Shown: positions 29,101-37,263 of the stretch, piece by piece
Position numbering within the stretch: the first letter of the stretch is position 1
Layout: every line of letters begins with the position of its first letter
Source of the DNA: an uncultured cyanobacterium
Lineage (GTDB): Bacteria; Cyanobacteriota; Cyanobacteriia; Pseudanabaenales; Pseudanabaenaceae
Direction of reading: 5' to 3'
NCBI GenBank assembly: GCA_963703315.1
Contig: OY969811.1
Coordinates: forward strand, 2,976,001 to 3,040,000
Length of the DNA: 64,000 nucleotides
The notes under the pieces: model-generated
What the model saw: only the letters and a program-made list of their open reading frames with translations
Databases searched by the model: none
What the model was told of the DNA's origin: nothing
Translations under genes and position numbers: made by a program

Positions 29101-31933
29101 ATTTGCGAGCTTGACAAGGTCATCAAGATTACCCTTCTCCATGATTTCATCCCCTGCGGCAGCCTATCCTTTCCCCCATGCCACTGGAGATAATTATGTC
29201 CGTCCATTCATACCACCATCAGACACGATCAACTCTGGAACTGCTGGTGGGCGCTATGTATGGGGTGATGATGTCAATGGCAATGGAACTATTGATCCTA
29301 ATGATCCTAAGGAAAATATTTTCCCCAATATCCCACCCCGTCCAGCCGCAGGTGGCGAAATCCCAATGTTGCCTGGTAAATTTAGTGAAGGGCTGACATC
29401 TGGTAGCAACCATATGTCCCCAACTCGCCCAGGCAACGCAAATCGTACACTATGGTACAAAACTGTAACAAATGATGGCAACTACATTGGTGAAAGTGGT
29501 GGTATTGCCTACCAAAATAATCGCAACCTGTTTGTGAATAATCTGAGTTTCCCTATACTTGGTGCAGGTTCTAATGGATATAAAGCAAACCTCAATTCTA
29601 CTGGCAGATTAATCTTGCCACCAACGCCTTGTATTAATGTTACTGATGGCACGGTGGATGCATTGTGTACTAGCAAGACCTACAACTTTGGAGCCAATGC
29701 ACCTACTGATAGCTCCACAGATTTACTCAACCTCAACCTGCCTTATAACCCCCATTACCCCTCTAACAACACTAGCAAGGTCAATACCACATTAACAACC
29801 AATACTGATGAACCAGCTACCAGCTTTACGGTCTGTGGTGGTACGGGTAAAACTCACAGATATCAGGCGATCGAGCGTCCTTCCCTAACTAGGAGTGATA
29901 TTAGTGGACTCAATTATCCTGTTACTAATCCTGTAACGTATGTCAGTTGCAATCAAACAACAGGCTTTGCTGGTGAAGCAATCAGAAACTTTGTGGGACG
30001 AATCACAACCACAACCACAGCAGGTTCTGGTAATAACTTTGACACCCTAAATCTTACAGGTGGTACTGGTCTATTGAGTTTCAACCTCTTACCAGGAAAT
30101 GCTGCCTTTAAGGGATTGAATCCTGATGCTAGTGGGACTACGGCTGGCAGCCTTATTGATGTGGCTTTGAGGGCAGTCAATACTGATGCTGACAACAGAG
30201 TTCATGTATATAACCTTGCTAATTTAGGAATACTCGATGGTGGTACTCGTGACTTGACTGGCACAATTACCTTCAGAGCTAACTGCGCTAATCCAGTGAC
30301 AGGTGCTACGACTACTTGCACACCAACTAGTGTACGGCGTGGTCCTAGTCCTGTGTTTATCATGCGAGGTGATTATCAGGAAAGTATTAGATTTAAGGGT
30401 CTAAAAGTTCAGTTAGATGGAGTTGATCCCAATAATATTTTCTGGGTATCTTCTCGTACACAGAAGAGAATAAACGCTAAAACTAGTAGCGGAAATTTCG
30501 TCCTTGCGCCAGGGGATGGAAAAAATCCCTTAATCGCAGTGGGTAAAAAGATTGTATTTTCTGACCAAGATCCTGCTAATACAGTGCCTGTTGGATTAAG
30601 TGCCAATACTACCTACTACATTCTTACCAACAATGGTGGAACTGGTAACTCTTCTAAAATTACCCTTTCACTAACACCGCCGCCAGTGGGAGTGGATTGT
30701 TCAGTAAATACTCCGCCTATAAGTTGTCCTCCTGCGATCGGTACTGTTGGAGGGAATGCAAATTTCTCGGTTGGTGCTGAGCCTAGCTTTATCTTTGAAG
30801 GTTCTAAGTTATATCCAAATATTCTGACTGGCAACTTCTTAGGTAACACCAATCCTAATACTCCTCCTCTTACGGAAGACAACACTTCTGTATTCATGGT
30901 CAGAAAAGATGCAGCCGAGGACAAAGACTACAACTCTTTTAGAGGGGTACGCTTCCTTGGTCTATGGGGTGATTATCAGAAGGTTAATAATGAAACTCTC
31001 TTTGTGGCGATGACCACAGTTGATCAACCCGCATTACTGCCCGTCGTCCAACTCCATGTGCCGAATAGCATTGGTGGTACAACGGCAACCATTGATCAGC
31101 CGACAGATGTGGTCAACCAAGGCGGTATCAACGGCACACCTCAAGGCACTGGTGCTAGTAGTAGCCGCTCAGGGCAATGGACAATTCGCCCCACCCAAAC
31201 TGAGGTGAATGTTTACTTTGTCGCAGGTAGTACTCCCTCCCGCAATGGTGTGCCATATACAGCCTCCAGCACCCAATATGGTAAAACCGCAGGAGACAAT
31301 GCTACTGGCACAGCAGTAACTGATGGTGTCGGTGAGACTGGTGGCGGCTTAGCCAACTTTGTCCGCTTCCTTGAAAACTGGGAAGATGTATCGATTAAGA
31401 TCGCAGGTGGTTTTATCCAAAACACCAAGAGTCGGTTTGCTACGGCTCCCTTTGTACCAACTGCTCCCTTAGTCACCAATGGCGCAGGAGTTGTAGTTAG
31501 TGACACCACAACTGTGTTCCTCAACCCTGCTCATCCAGGTACTGGCATTACGACAGGTAGTTATTCTGGAGGCTATAATCTGCAATATTTATCGACGACG
31601 GTTAGTCGCATTCCTTACTACTCTGCACCAATTCGTCTCTGGGGCTATGATGTGGGGCTGTTGACACAGCAAACCGATCGCTTTGCTGAGCGTTTTGCCA
31701 CACCGATTAAGGGTGCTAATGAGTTCTTTAGAGAGGTAAGTGCTGATGACCCTTGGGTTGAGGCTTTACTCTGTGCCTTAGAACCAGCGACTCCGACTAA
31801 TATTGCAGTTACACCCAATCTTTACACCAAACGAGTACTACGTGGTAGCGATCGCCGTCAAGCCTGCGATACTAATCCTGCCTATGGTGCAACTGCTGCA
31901 AGTGATAGCCCCGCAATTACCTATGTTCCTTAG
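23138..31933 (+). CDS. hpsA: Hormogonium polysaccharide/type IV pilus-associated giant protein HpsA
   Basis: Prepilin-like AGFVLPTV hydrophobic segment; TAWKFPIDTDNNGKFDS, GDLQMRATAVYHY, QRQPLEIRAT, WRPATVLADAVT, GGLANFVRFLENW, RLWGYDVGLL; followed by pseudopilin genes. Confidence 0.88.
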   Translation: MSDSKQSRKINRFFAEFIAKLRKWLNKIGSPVRISWRFVRQLLGASKGRGKGAAGFVLPTVTLVTLLVTLLVVTTVARSSDRANTASNARQEQVFRSAATPIIDRARAKIDKLINDPKLPRTTPPETTLDSVITSDGGTYTLPDETRLQLVYNFDGTAGIKYGGSQLENKEYVSTAWKFPIDTDNNGKFDSYGLYSILFRTRPPSKVNTRPIVPIESRSLPMEEGVLSSACVSAGDVSNIASDGGWTTSKDKKLRKSFFVYAVTVPITSEESYKVNGALLPGYELYNGRTSISAVELQQDRARTPQNNNAVFFEGDTELVNVATFRLNGRVYSAGNLMVGAAANNPITFYQVSSSGGVPATAPTLPGQVPLQATTNPDWFGSCYYERQNSLIAVAGNVVEGDAVSSNPATLSSQSTGIGAQAAASPPSGVVSVHLFLGNGKPPDTATDTGLAAGTRIGIKQITDTGNPDTSTVSANSSANPPRNLSSKLALNDFAYNRRIGALVDLAIARPQTTDPVSVKEDFTTRVADEALSSTTEQETARRAAFTVYFGERIRKVSFADVSSTTTENLSSLALVEIPVTGQTPELAPGPGVTRINWMLPSFANANFGNTNFSLATGVDFDGKGGILDANGVTLLKPSALNGLGLAAGTPEDVTENNEKMLGDRVLVGNGLPARWLKKSDITGALQFVGENEPNYISTLDNSIFWNSTNENSLTNVDRYRYTRAVSLSNLGVSDRGGFWELSAALNPAIPDVNAPTTIIPESSPKTGGLRVVTNAGIYSRRPADTFLPRFRTGVPDNSSTTWNESSMPIWNGQAIDNPITTINETNFAKSGNPATNLDPTVDGEQETQNYVVWQDSMPMTSANAADNRKGDLQMRATAVYHYKSDAYNAVSTPEDYQRPLACVSSYYDPTDATTAKNASGTPWNGGVGGRSNNGLVYRVGLTAADLSFTSISYNTTTGLFSGFADAARRPADPTNSASSYADRLAYQANLIFPNGRFVNEPLREVLKKKITTPSANLTLPQQSTLDSNLCALQILNGSVALANTSTSAATISPATGLTSAEIPHGTFRESAFLNGREVKSLNRNESLTEAAVGNSPRGTTAADNGLPIIQPNRGDIYDLEIEQRQPLEIRATDIDMDRMRGSKIVGGNNTGVATDYLLPYSGIVYATREDALEDLSYYKVAIDATTCPPVTAGNPCPTSDADRKNLSSTDFKLDPTRKPSSIRLINGYRLWRSALVNTAASLGNTDGTQAVSNATYATFPWTEATKGEKGLILVSNLPVYVKAQRDPVTPANRPGFNRHTREEFTLALNENTASPDTIWDNFYQRHANNGPGDSLNPNFACRPNPLTTCVDGDEWRPATVLADAVTVLSANYRDGYRIDGDYDLSNNANTSTSINWQSQLNPSLFPNDPRKNSSYVLDRRRSGFFNNNFATSALWLNRRNSDLVAVPDSDYWPANPAAATPDNGNLASYNANGVTPIQRRINFSEYGMEICRKVPVSECTFSDWVKAGAGTTTLPAFNTTTGVVSTAPGAPRYISNADSRFARRLSFLRFDDIYKDGNMQMVFAHNSCSGNNGVWPIGIGVTSGSDATNGFTYPHIMGNLTAPFDLSATANQNSYGTVPCPERGIRVSLTNDASAPEGRRRDQNSNLQTLEAQLGNDNLPVPVFTNANSVTTSPDNTTSTAAPLPTNRAGRSTNNAVYRRFDFSAEITAAERANLPVGQSIRVKVTVSSNNTGTTVPGEIPPVTGLPTSALPTKFAQMSEGTDGTNTHNTKADYINRLYNPSTTALAMTVPSPVTIQSSLVNGSVTTSTSTLASIPVTANGGQYPRLAVAAANSPETVAPEVAACPANQYCTVLTWTGPTNTATDPNIKTVSVLVVRDSAHESNSDETFTVRLDNIRGPQATYGTRTRTGTIQRDNQNAPNPLCESGLTNTYTNNDDLITTATAAVTCPTPTPTPTPTPTPTPTPTPTPTPTPTPGGGGVGSITQPTFASLTRSSRLPFSMISSPAAAYPFPHATGDNYVRPFIPPSDTINSGTAGGRYVWGDDVNGNGTIDPNDPKENIFPNIPPRPAAGGEIPMLPGKFSEGLTSGSNHMSPTRPGNANRTLWYKTVTNDGNYIGESGGIAYQNNRNLFVNNLSFPILGAGSNGYKANLNSTGRLILPPTPCINVTDGTVDALCTSKTYNFGANAPTDSSTDLLNLNLPYNPHYPSNNTSKVNTTLTTNTDEPATSFTVCGGTGKTHRYQAIERPSLTRSDISGLNYPVTNPVTYVSCNQTTGFAGEAIRNFVGRITTTTTAGSGNNFDTLNLTGGTGLLSFNLLPGNAAFKGLNPDASGTTAGSLIDVALRAVNTDADNRVHVYNLANLGILDGGTRDLTGTITFRANCANPVTGATTTCTPTSVRRGPSPVFIMRGDYQESIRFKGLKVQLDGVDPNNIFWVSSRTQKRINAKTSSGNFVLAPGDGKNPLIAVGKKIVFSDQDPANTVPVGLSANTTYYILTNNGGTGNSSKITLSLTPPPVGVDCSVNTPPISCPPAIGTVGGNANFSVGAEPSFIFEGSKLYPNILTGNFLGNTNPNTPPLTEDNTSVFMVRKDAAEDKDYNSFRGVRFLGLWGDYQKVNNETLFVAMTTVDQPALLPVVQLHVPNSIGGTTATIDQPTDVVNQGGINGTPQGTGASSSRSGQWTIRPTQTEVNVYFVAGSTPSRNGVPYTASSTQYGKTAGDNATGTAVTDGVGETGGGLANFVRFLENWEDVSIKIAGGFIQNTKSRFATAPFVPTAPLVTNGAGVVVSDTTTVFLNPAHPGTGITTGSYSGGYNLQYLSTTVSRIPYYSAPIRLWGYDVGLLTQQTDRFAERFATPIKGANEFFREVSADDPWVEALLCALEPATPTNIAVTPNLYTKRVLRGSDRRQACDTNPAYGATAASDSPAITYVP
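28985..29065 (+). repeat. 12-bp tandem repeat (CCCACCCCAACT)x6 plus a partial copy, encoding a (Pro-Thr)n linker
   Basis: Six perfect units read directly from the sequence. Confidence 0.95.
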
Positions 31934-31949
31934 TCGATAGTGCTAAAAG

Positions 31950-31986
31950 GGAAGAGTATGCAGCGCTTCGCGCCGCATACTCTTCC
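31950..31986. repeat. Hairpin after hpsA
   Basis: GGAAGAGTATGCaGCGC-TTC-GCGCcGCATACTCTTCC. Confidence 0.7.
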
Positions 31987-32082
31987 TAAATATAAATTAG
32001 TCTAGAGATTAGAGAGATTAGTTAAAATTTTGATAGATAGTCTTGATGAATGTCTTGTCCTTACTTTTGAGGATGGTGGTTT

Positions 32083-32871
32083 ATGTTAAATCGAAATTGC
32101 AAAACTATGGATGACAAAACTTGGAAATGGCAGAGAGCGATCGCCTTTTATCTGCTTCATGTCTCTAGGAAAGGGCAAGATCTCAATTCAGGCTTTTCAT
32201 TGATTGAGTCCTTAGTGGCAGCAGTGGTCGTGGGCATTATGATTGCCGCGATCGCGCCAATGATTGCCCTTTCAACTTCGGCAAGGATTAATGCTCGACG
32301 GATTGATCAGGCAACACAGGCGGGCAGATCATATATTGACGCAGTGAGAGGTGGCGTTGTGGATGTGTCTGGATTTCCTAGTTATTTGATTAGGAACCAA
32401 ACCAATGCTCAAGCACAATATGTGTTTGAAGATCCAGCTACACCAGCGAATAGCATTCAGCCACCAACGGTTGCCCAATTTGACCCTACCAAAATTTGCA
32501 ACAATGCTTTAACTAGCAATGTGTCGTCTGGCAAAGTCCCTGGAATCTGTGTTGATGCTGGTGGTGGTGGGTTCAGTATTGACGATCCACAGGATTTGTT
32601 TATTCAGCCGATGCGAAGCGGCTCTAATGACGTAAATGAACTAAATCGTCAAGGTTTCTGGTTAGCCGTGAGGGTATATCGTGCCGATGCATTGGCGGGA
32701 ACTGCGGCTCTAAGAACTGGCACAGACCCAACCTGTAATCTCAGCAAAACCCCGTTTGCGAGTACAGCCTCAATCACTTGTCCGATTGTGACTATGCGAT
32801 CGCAGATATTACCAGTCACCAATCAAAACAATTTTGATGACATCAGTAAGGGCATCGGTAAGACTCCTTAA
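32083..32871 (+). CDS. hpsB: Pseudopilin/minor pilin, HpsB-like
   Basis: GFSLIESLVA prepilin motif; ARRIDQATQAGRSYIDAVR, LAVRVYRADA; position after hpsA. Confidence 0.75.
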   Translation: MLNRNCKTMDDKTWKWQRAIAFYLLHVSRKGQDLNSGFSLIESLVAAVVVGIMIAAIAPMIALSTSARINARRIDQATQAGRSYIDAVRGGVVDVSGFPSYLIRNQTNAQAQYVFEDPATPANSIQPPTVAQFDPTKICNNALTSNVSSGKVPGICVDAGGGGFSIDDPQDLFIQPMRSGSNDVNELNRQGFWLAVRVYRADALAGTAALRTGTDPTCNLSKTPFASTASITCPIVTMRSQILPVTNQNNFDDISKGIGKTP

Positions 32872-32924
32872 GGGTGTCAATCGCAATCAGAATTAGACAA
32901 AAGCTAATCAATGAGATTTGGGCT

Positions 32925-34325
32925 ATGAAAAGATTTCTTCAAAAGATAGTTGCACTTCAGCATCAAAATAAAAATCACAATCAAAATAAGAGGCGATCGC
33001 CGAGATTGCCAAAACGACAAGGTAGCACTTCAGGTTTTACCTTGCTTGAGTTGTTGGTTGCCGCTTTGATGGCATCAATCATGGTGGTGGTAATGCTGAG
33101 CTTTTTGGTGGGAGTCTTGGATAGCGATCGCAAAGAAACGGCTAAGTCTAATGCTCAAGAAGAACTGCAAGCGGCGATCGCCTATATGTCCGATGATCTC
33201 CAAGAAGCAATCTATATCTATGGCTCTACAGGGATCGCAGGAATTAATAACCAATTACCGCATACACAATCTGGACCAGGTAATGAGTGTAATGAAAGTG
33301 GCACTAATACCTGTACGCCGATACTCGTTTTTTGGAAACGCTTTGTTTACAGCCCAAGCACTCAAGCTAAATATAGTGCAACTCCCGCAGCTGCCGCCGA
33401 ACGACTTGGTTGTATGCCCTATTCAGGTATAGCGTTAGATTTAGCTGCTTGCCAAGCTAGTGCTACACCTTTTGGTAAAGAGACTTATGCTTATTCTCTC
33501 GTAGCTTACTATTTGAAAGATGATAGCGCTAATCCTAGTAATAGTGGCTGGTCAAATACGGCGCGGATTTTGCGATGGGAGATTAAAGATGGATATGTGG
33601 CATATTGCAGCAATAGTAGTGTAGTTTCAAATACTAGTGGCACAATTACCAGTCCTGCTGGCTGCCCTCCAGTAGGAAACTTAAGTGTCAGAGCTAATTC
33701 GACGCAAGCTGCACTTTTACCATCTAATAATGTAGACCCCAACGTTTATTTCATTTTGCCCTCTCAAGGCTTTAAAAGTCCAGATTTTCTGACAGAGGGA
33801 GCGATCGATAATTGGAAGAAATTTGCTACTTATAGTTTTGATACTACGGACGCTAAGAACAGTCGTTATGTTACTCTTGTGGACTTTATGGATGACACTG
33901 CTTACGACCCCAACACTCAAGGCGGTAATGCAGAAGCAACGGGAACAGGAGTACCGACGGCGGCGGCAGATTCAGCGATTAAGATTCCGATCGGCAAAAA
34001 TAATGCTGCGGGTGGCAACCTTGACTGTAATGATCCTTCAGTTGGAGTTGGTAGCAGTGTAGCTGGTACAGTCACAGAACGTGTTCCTGCGGATTTTACT
34101 GTTGGTCAAGCAACTAATCCTTCTGGGCTAAGTAGTTTTTATCTGTGTGTTGCACCGACCAAAGTGACCGCGAGACTATATCTACGTGGTAATGCGATCG
34201 CGCGTTTAACCTCACCAGCGAGTCCCAGAAACCAGCGTATACCACAGATTAAGAGCAGTTCATTTTTCCCCACTGCTGATGTCCGTAGCTTTGGACGTAG
34301 TGCGATCAACCTCGGTAGAAGTTAA
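32925..34325 (+). CDS. hpsC: Pseudopilin/minor pilin, HpsC-like
   Basis: GFTLLELLVA; DLQEAIYIY, PILVFWKR, YSLVAYYL, LRGNAIAR. Confidence 0.75.
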   Translation: MKRFLQKIVALQHQNKNHNQNKRRSPRLPKRQGSTSGFTLLELLVAALMASIMVVVMLSFLVGVLDSDRKETAKSNAQEELQAAIAYMSDDLQEAIYIYGSTGIAGINNQLPHTQSGPGNECNESGTNTCTPILVFWKRFVYSPSTQAKYSATPAAAAERLGCMPYSGIALDLAACQASATPFGKETYAYSLVAYYLKDDSANPSNSGWSNTARILRWEIKDGYVAYCSNSSVVSNTSGTITSPAGCPPVGNLSVRANSTQAALLPSNNVDPNVYFILPSQGFKSPDFLTEGAIDNWKKFATYSFDTTDAKNSRYVTLVDFMDDTAYDPNTQGGNAEATGTGVPTAAADSAIKIPIGKNNAAGGNLDCNDPSVGVGSSVAGTVTERVPADFTVGQATNPSGLSSFYLCVAPTKVTARLYLRGNAIARLTSPASPRNQRIPQIKSSSFFPTADVRSFGRSAINLGRS

Positions 34326-34331
34326 TTTAAG

Positions 34332-34979
34332 GTGAAACAAAAAATGCTTACTTATAATTTTTTTAGTAGCCTTTGGAAAAGTTGTGATGTCTTTGTCAAT
34401 AACTTTTCAACAAAGTGTCAGCGTCAATTTCTAGCATTAATCACTCCCCCAAAGCGCCGTCATCGTTATTCCAAATCTCTAGGATTTACCCTTATAGAGC
34501 TTTTAGTAGTGATGATTATGGTAGGTATTCTCAGTGCGATCGCCGCTCCCGGCTGGTTGGGCTTTGTGAATAATCAACGGATTAATGCTTCCCAAACCAA
34601 AATCTTCCAAGCGATTAAAGAGGCGCAGTCAGATGCGAAGGTTCGCAAGACCAGTAGTGATGGCAGCAGAGTCCGTATTACGTTTACAACTGCAACGACA
34701 GAAAATGCCTACAGAGTAGATAATGTTAGACGTAATGGTGGTAATCAATCGCTAGAGCAAGGAGTCACGATTTCCAGTGTAACGACCTCTGATAATGCAC
34801 CACTCACTTCTATTGAGTTTGACTCGAAGGGATTTATCTATGACCCTAGTAGTACTCTCAATAACAAATATCCTATTTGCATTAATTTATCGATCGCTAA
34901 TAGCCCCAGAATTAGGTGGATTGGCATTAAGACTTTACTTGGAGCCGTTGTTACAGGATCTGAAGGAAACTGTACATAA
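34332..34979 (+). CDS. Type IV minor pilin (FimT/GspH-like)
   Basis: GFTLIELLVVMIMVGILSAIAAPGW; C-terminal TLLGA and Cys pair. Confidence 0.88.
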   Translation: MKQKMLTYNFFSSLWKSCDVFVNNFSTKCQRQFLALITPPKRRHRYSKSLGFTLIELLVVMIMVGILSAIAAPGWLGFVNNQRINASQTKIFQAIKEAQSDAKVRKTSSDGSRVRITFTTATTENAYRVDNVRRNGGNQSLEQGVTISSVTTSDNAPLTSIEFDSKGFIYDPSSTLNNKYPICINLSIANSPRIRWIGIKTLLGAVVTGSEGNCT

Positions 34980-34986
34980 ATTAAGC

Positions 34987-35037
34987 AAACAAACAAAAAG
35001 AGTGGCACGCAATGCGTGCCACTCTTTTTGTTTGTTT
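34987..35037. repeat. Perfect 24-bp-stem hairpin between two pilin genes
   Basis: AAACAAACAAAAAGAGTGGCACGC-AAT-GCGTGCCACTCTTTTTGTTTGTTT. Confidence 0.85.
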
Positions 35038-35091
35038 ATCAAAAAAATATTATAATTACCAGATAATTACATTTAAAAATCATTCAAAGTT

Positions 35092-35685
35092 ATGATTTGG
35101 GCTATAAATGGATATCGGCACAGAAACAGTCGCCATCACACAGATATGGGTTTTACCTTAATTGAACTCCTAGTTGTGATGGTCATGATTGGCATTTTAG
35201 CGGCGATCGCTGCGCCATCTTGGTTAGGATTTGTGAACAATCAAAGACTAAACTCTGCTCAAAACCAAGCATTTAGCACTCTCAAGTTAGCGCAAAGTAA
35301 TGCTAAACGTACCCAAAGTATGTGGCAAGCAACTTTTAGGAATATGCCCAATGTTTCTCAATATGCAGTACATCCTACGCCTCCTTCGAGCATGAATGCA
35401 GCCTATTGGAATAACTTGCCTTGGCAAAATTTTGATGAAGGGGTCAGGATCGTCGAAAGTAATGAAATAGAACCAAAAACAACATTTACCAAACTTACCG
35501 CAGTTCCTGTACCAGATGTCTATCGAGTCGAGTTTAAAGCTCAAGGTAATCCTAATGGTTTAGGTGAGTTGGGGCGGATTACCTTTGTGGGCAGATCTGG
35601 TGGCGATCGCAAAAAATGTGTGATTATTTCAACATTACTAGGCGCAATACGTACTGCTGAAAACACTGGATGCAATCAAACCTGA
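35092..35685 (+). CDS. Type IV minor pilin (FimT/GspH-like)
   Basis: GFTLIELLVVMVMIGILAAIAAPSW; KKCVIISTLLGA. Confidence 0.88.
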   Translation: MIWAINGYRHRNSRHHTDMGFTLIELLVVMVMIGILAAIAAPSWLGFVNNQRLNSAQNQAFSTLKLAQSNAKRTQSMWQATFRNMPNVSQYAVHPTPPSSMNAAYWNNLPWQNFDEGVRIVESNEIEPKTTFTKLTAVPVPDVYRVEFKAQGNPNGLGELGRITFVGRSGGDRKKCVIISTLLGAIRTAENTGCNQT

Positions 35686-35887
35686 TAAAATTCCGCAATG
35701 ATCGATAACATCTGTAAATTTCTGGCAGAAAGCTTCTCCGCCGACTTTGCGAGTTGGATATTAGGGGAATCCATTATCTTAAGACTTTTAAGGAGCGAAA
35801 TCATGAAAGAATCAGTGATTTATCAAGATATTTTACTGGAAGGAATGGCTGAAGGAATGGCTGAAGGAATAGCTAAAGGAATAGCTA

Positions 35888-37020
35888 TAGGACTTACGCA
35901 TTGACAGAAATAGCGAGATATGAAGTCAAACTGAGACAGATTGTGTGAGATTTTCCAAGATAAATTGACGAATGACAGGTATAAATAAATCCCTCGATAC
36001 CTGATACAAATTATCGATTAAGCCATCAATTCGCATCTTTTGTAACTTGGCAAAAGCACGGAGGGAGCAAAAGAAATGATTACGAATCGCTTGTGTATCC
36101 CTGACCTGAAAGCGCTCAATATTACAAACTTGCTTGATAACCCTGTGGAAACATTCAATTTGCCAATGTCTGTCATGGACTTGTTTGAACTCTATGCGAG
36201 TGAGTTGTTTGAGTGCTTCTAAATCTTGGAGGTGAAGGATGTAATATCGAGCTTCGTTTTTGAAGTCCTGACGAAACACCTTGACCCAGCCGAATTCTTT
36301 GAGATAGACCACTAACCCACTATCAGTAATCTCCAAGGTTTGTATCTGAACTTCTTTGCCTTGTTCTTGAGAAACTTTACGATTGTTGGCAACTCCAACT
36401 AGAAAACCTACCCCCTCGTTTCTGAGGAATTTCAGATTCTCAAGACTTGCATACCAACTATCACCCGTCACCCAATTCGGCTTCAGACCCCAGTCTCGGA
36501 TTTGTCTCATCATCTCTAAAAAATAGTCGTTTTTAGTCTTGCCCTCCTGTTTATCATAAATCCGAAAGTTCACTGGATATGCGTTTCCTGCTATATCGGT
36601 GTAATACAAGGTAATCAGGTTGAGACCCTTAACGGTTCGTTTGTGTTTCCCTGACCAAAAGTATCCCAATAACTCTGTTCTTTTGAGGTCACGGTAAGGC
36701 TTATCCACGACACTATCATCAATACTCGCTGTTCCTCCTTCAAAAATAAGTTCCCCTTTCACCTCGTCAAACAAGTCTTGGGGTGTGTAATTTTCCCGCA
36801 ATAAAAAACGGTTCACACTGTCGTGACTCAACTCTGACATGATCTCCGCTAGGCGCAGACAACTCACATACTTTGGTTCAGCCAGCAAATATAAAGTGTA
36901 GAGGTTGCAATTACACTTAGCTGTTGAGGGTTTTGACTGTTCTCTCACTCCAACACCATCAGATAAACGCTTGCTTTACAATCATCATATCTTTACTATT
37001 TTGTCAATGCGTAAGTCCTA
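35888..37020 (-). mobile_element. IS701-family insertion sequence, 1133 bp
   Basis: TIRs TAGGACTTACGCATTGACA / TGTCAATGCGTAAGTCCTA; 5-bp target duplication AGCTA at 35883-35887 and 37021-37025. Confidence 0.9.
35926..36948 (-). CDS. IS701-family DDE transposase
   Basis: SHDSVNRFL, IDDSVVDKPY, GDSWY, WQIECFHRVIKQ; intact ORF within the TIRs. Confidence 0.88.
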   Translation of the reverse strand: MREQSKPSTAKCNCNLYTLYLLAEPKYVSCLRLAEIMSELSHDSVNRFLLRENYTPQDLFDEVKGELIFEGGTASIDDSVVDKPYRDLKRTELLGYFWSGKHKRTVKGLNLITLYYTDIAGNAYPVNFRIYDKQEGKTKNDYFLEMMRQIRDWGLKPNWVTGDSWYASLENLKFLRNEGVGFLVGVANNRKVSQEQGKEVQIQTLEITDSGLVVYLKEFGWVKVFRQDFKNEARYYILHLQDLEALKQLTRIEFKQVHDRHWQIECFHRVIKQVCNIERFQVRDTQAIRNHFFCSLRAFAKLQKMRIDGLIDNLYQVSRDLFIPVIRQFILENLTQSVSV

Positions 37021-37214
37021 AGCTAAAGGAATAGCTAAAGGTGAGGCTAAGGGCTTAGTTAAAGGCAAAGCTAAAGGTGAGGCTGAAGCTGCTCGTCAAA
37101 TTGCCATCAATATGCTCGGTTCTAACATTTCTCCAGATTTAGTCTCCAAATTTACTGGGCTAACCCTAAAACAAGTCCAAAAACTACAACAGCTTTCCGC
37201 AAAACAACCCCAAT

Positions 37215-37263
37215 AGAGCAAAGAAATAAAGGAACGCAAAGCGTTCCTTTATTTCTTTGCTCT
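37215..37263. repeat. Perfect 23-bp-stem hairpin overlapping the last codons of the convergent gene
   Basis: AGAGCAAAGAAATAAAGGAACGC-AAA-GCGTTCCTTTATTTCTTTGCTCT. Confidence 0.85.

Larger units (their letters stand above)
35698..37216 (+). pseudogene. Rpn family (PD-(D/E)XK nuclease/putative transposase) remnant, internally deleted and IS-interrupted
   Basis: N-terminal MIDNICKFLAE...ASWILGE joined directly to LLRSEIMKESVIYQ and EG/KG repeats; the frame resumes after the IS (AKGIAKGEAKG...QIAINML...FTGLTLKQV, stop at 37216). Confidence 0.8.

Noticed and set aside
28933..29193. ORFs encoding (GV)n and (SHPN)n repeats
   Set aside because: Alternative frames of the PT-coding tandem repeat inside hpsA.
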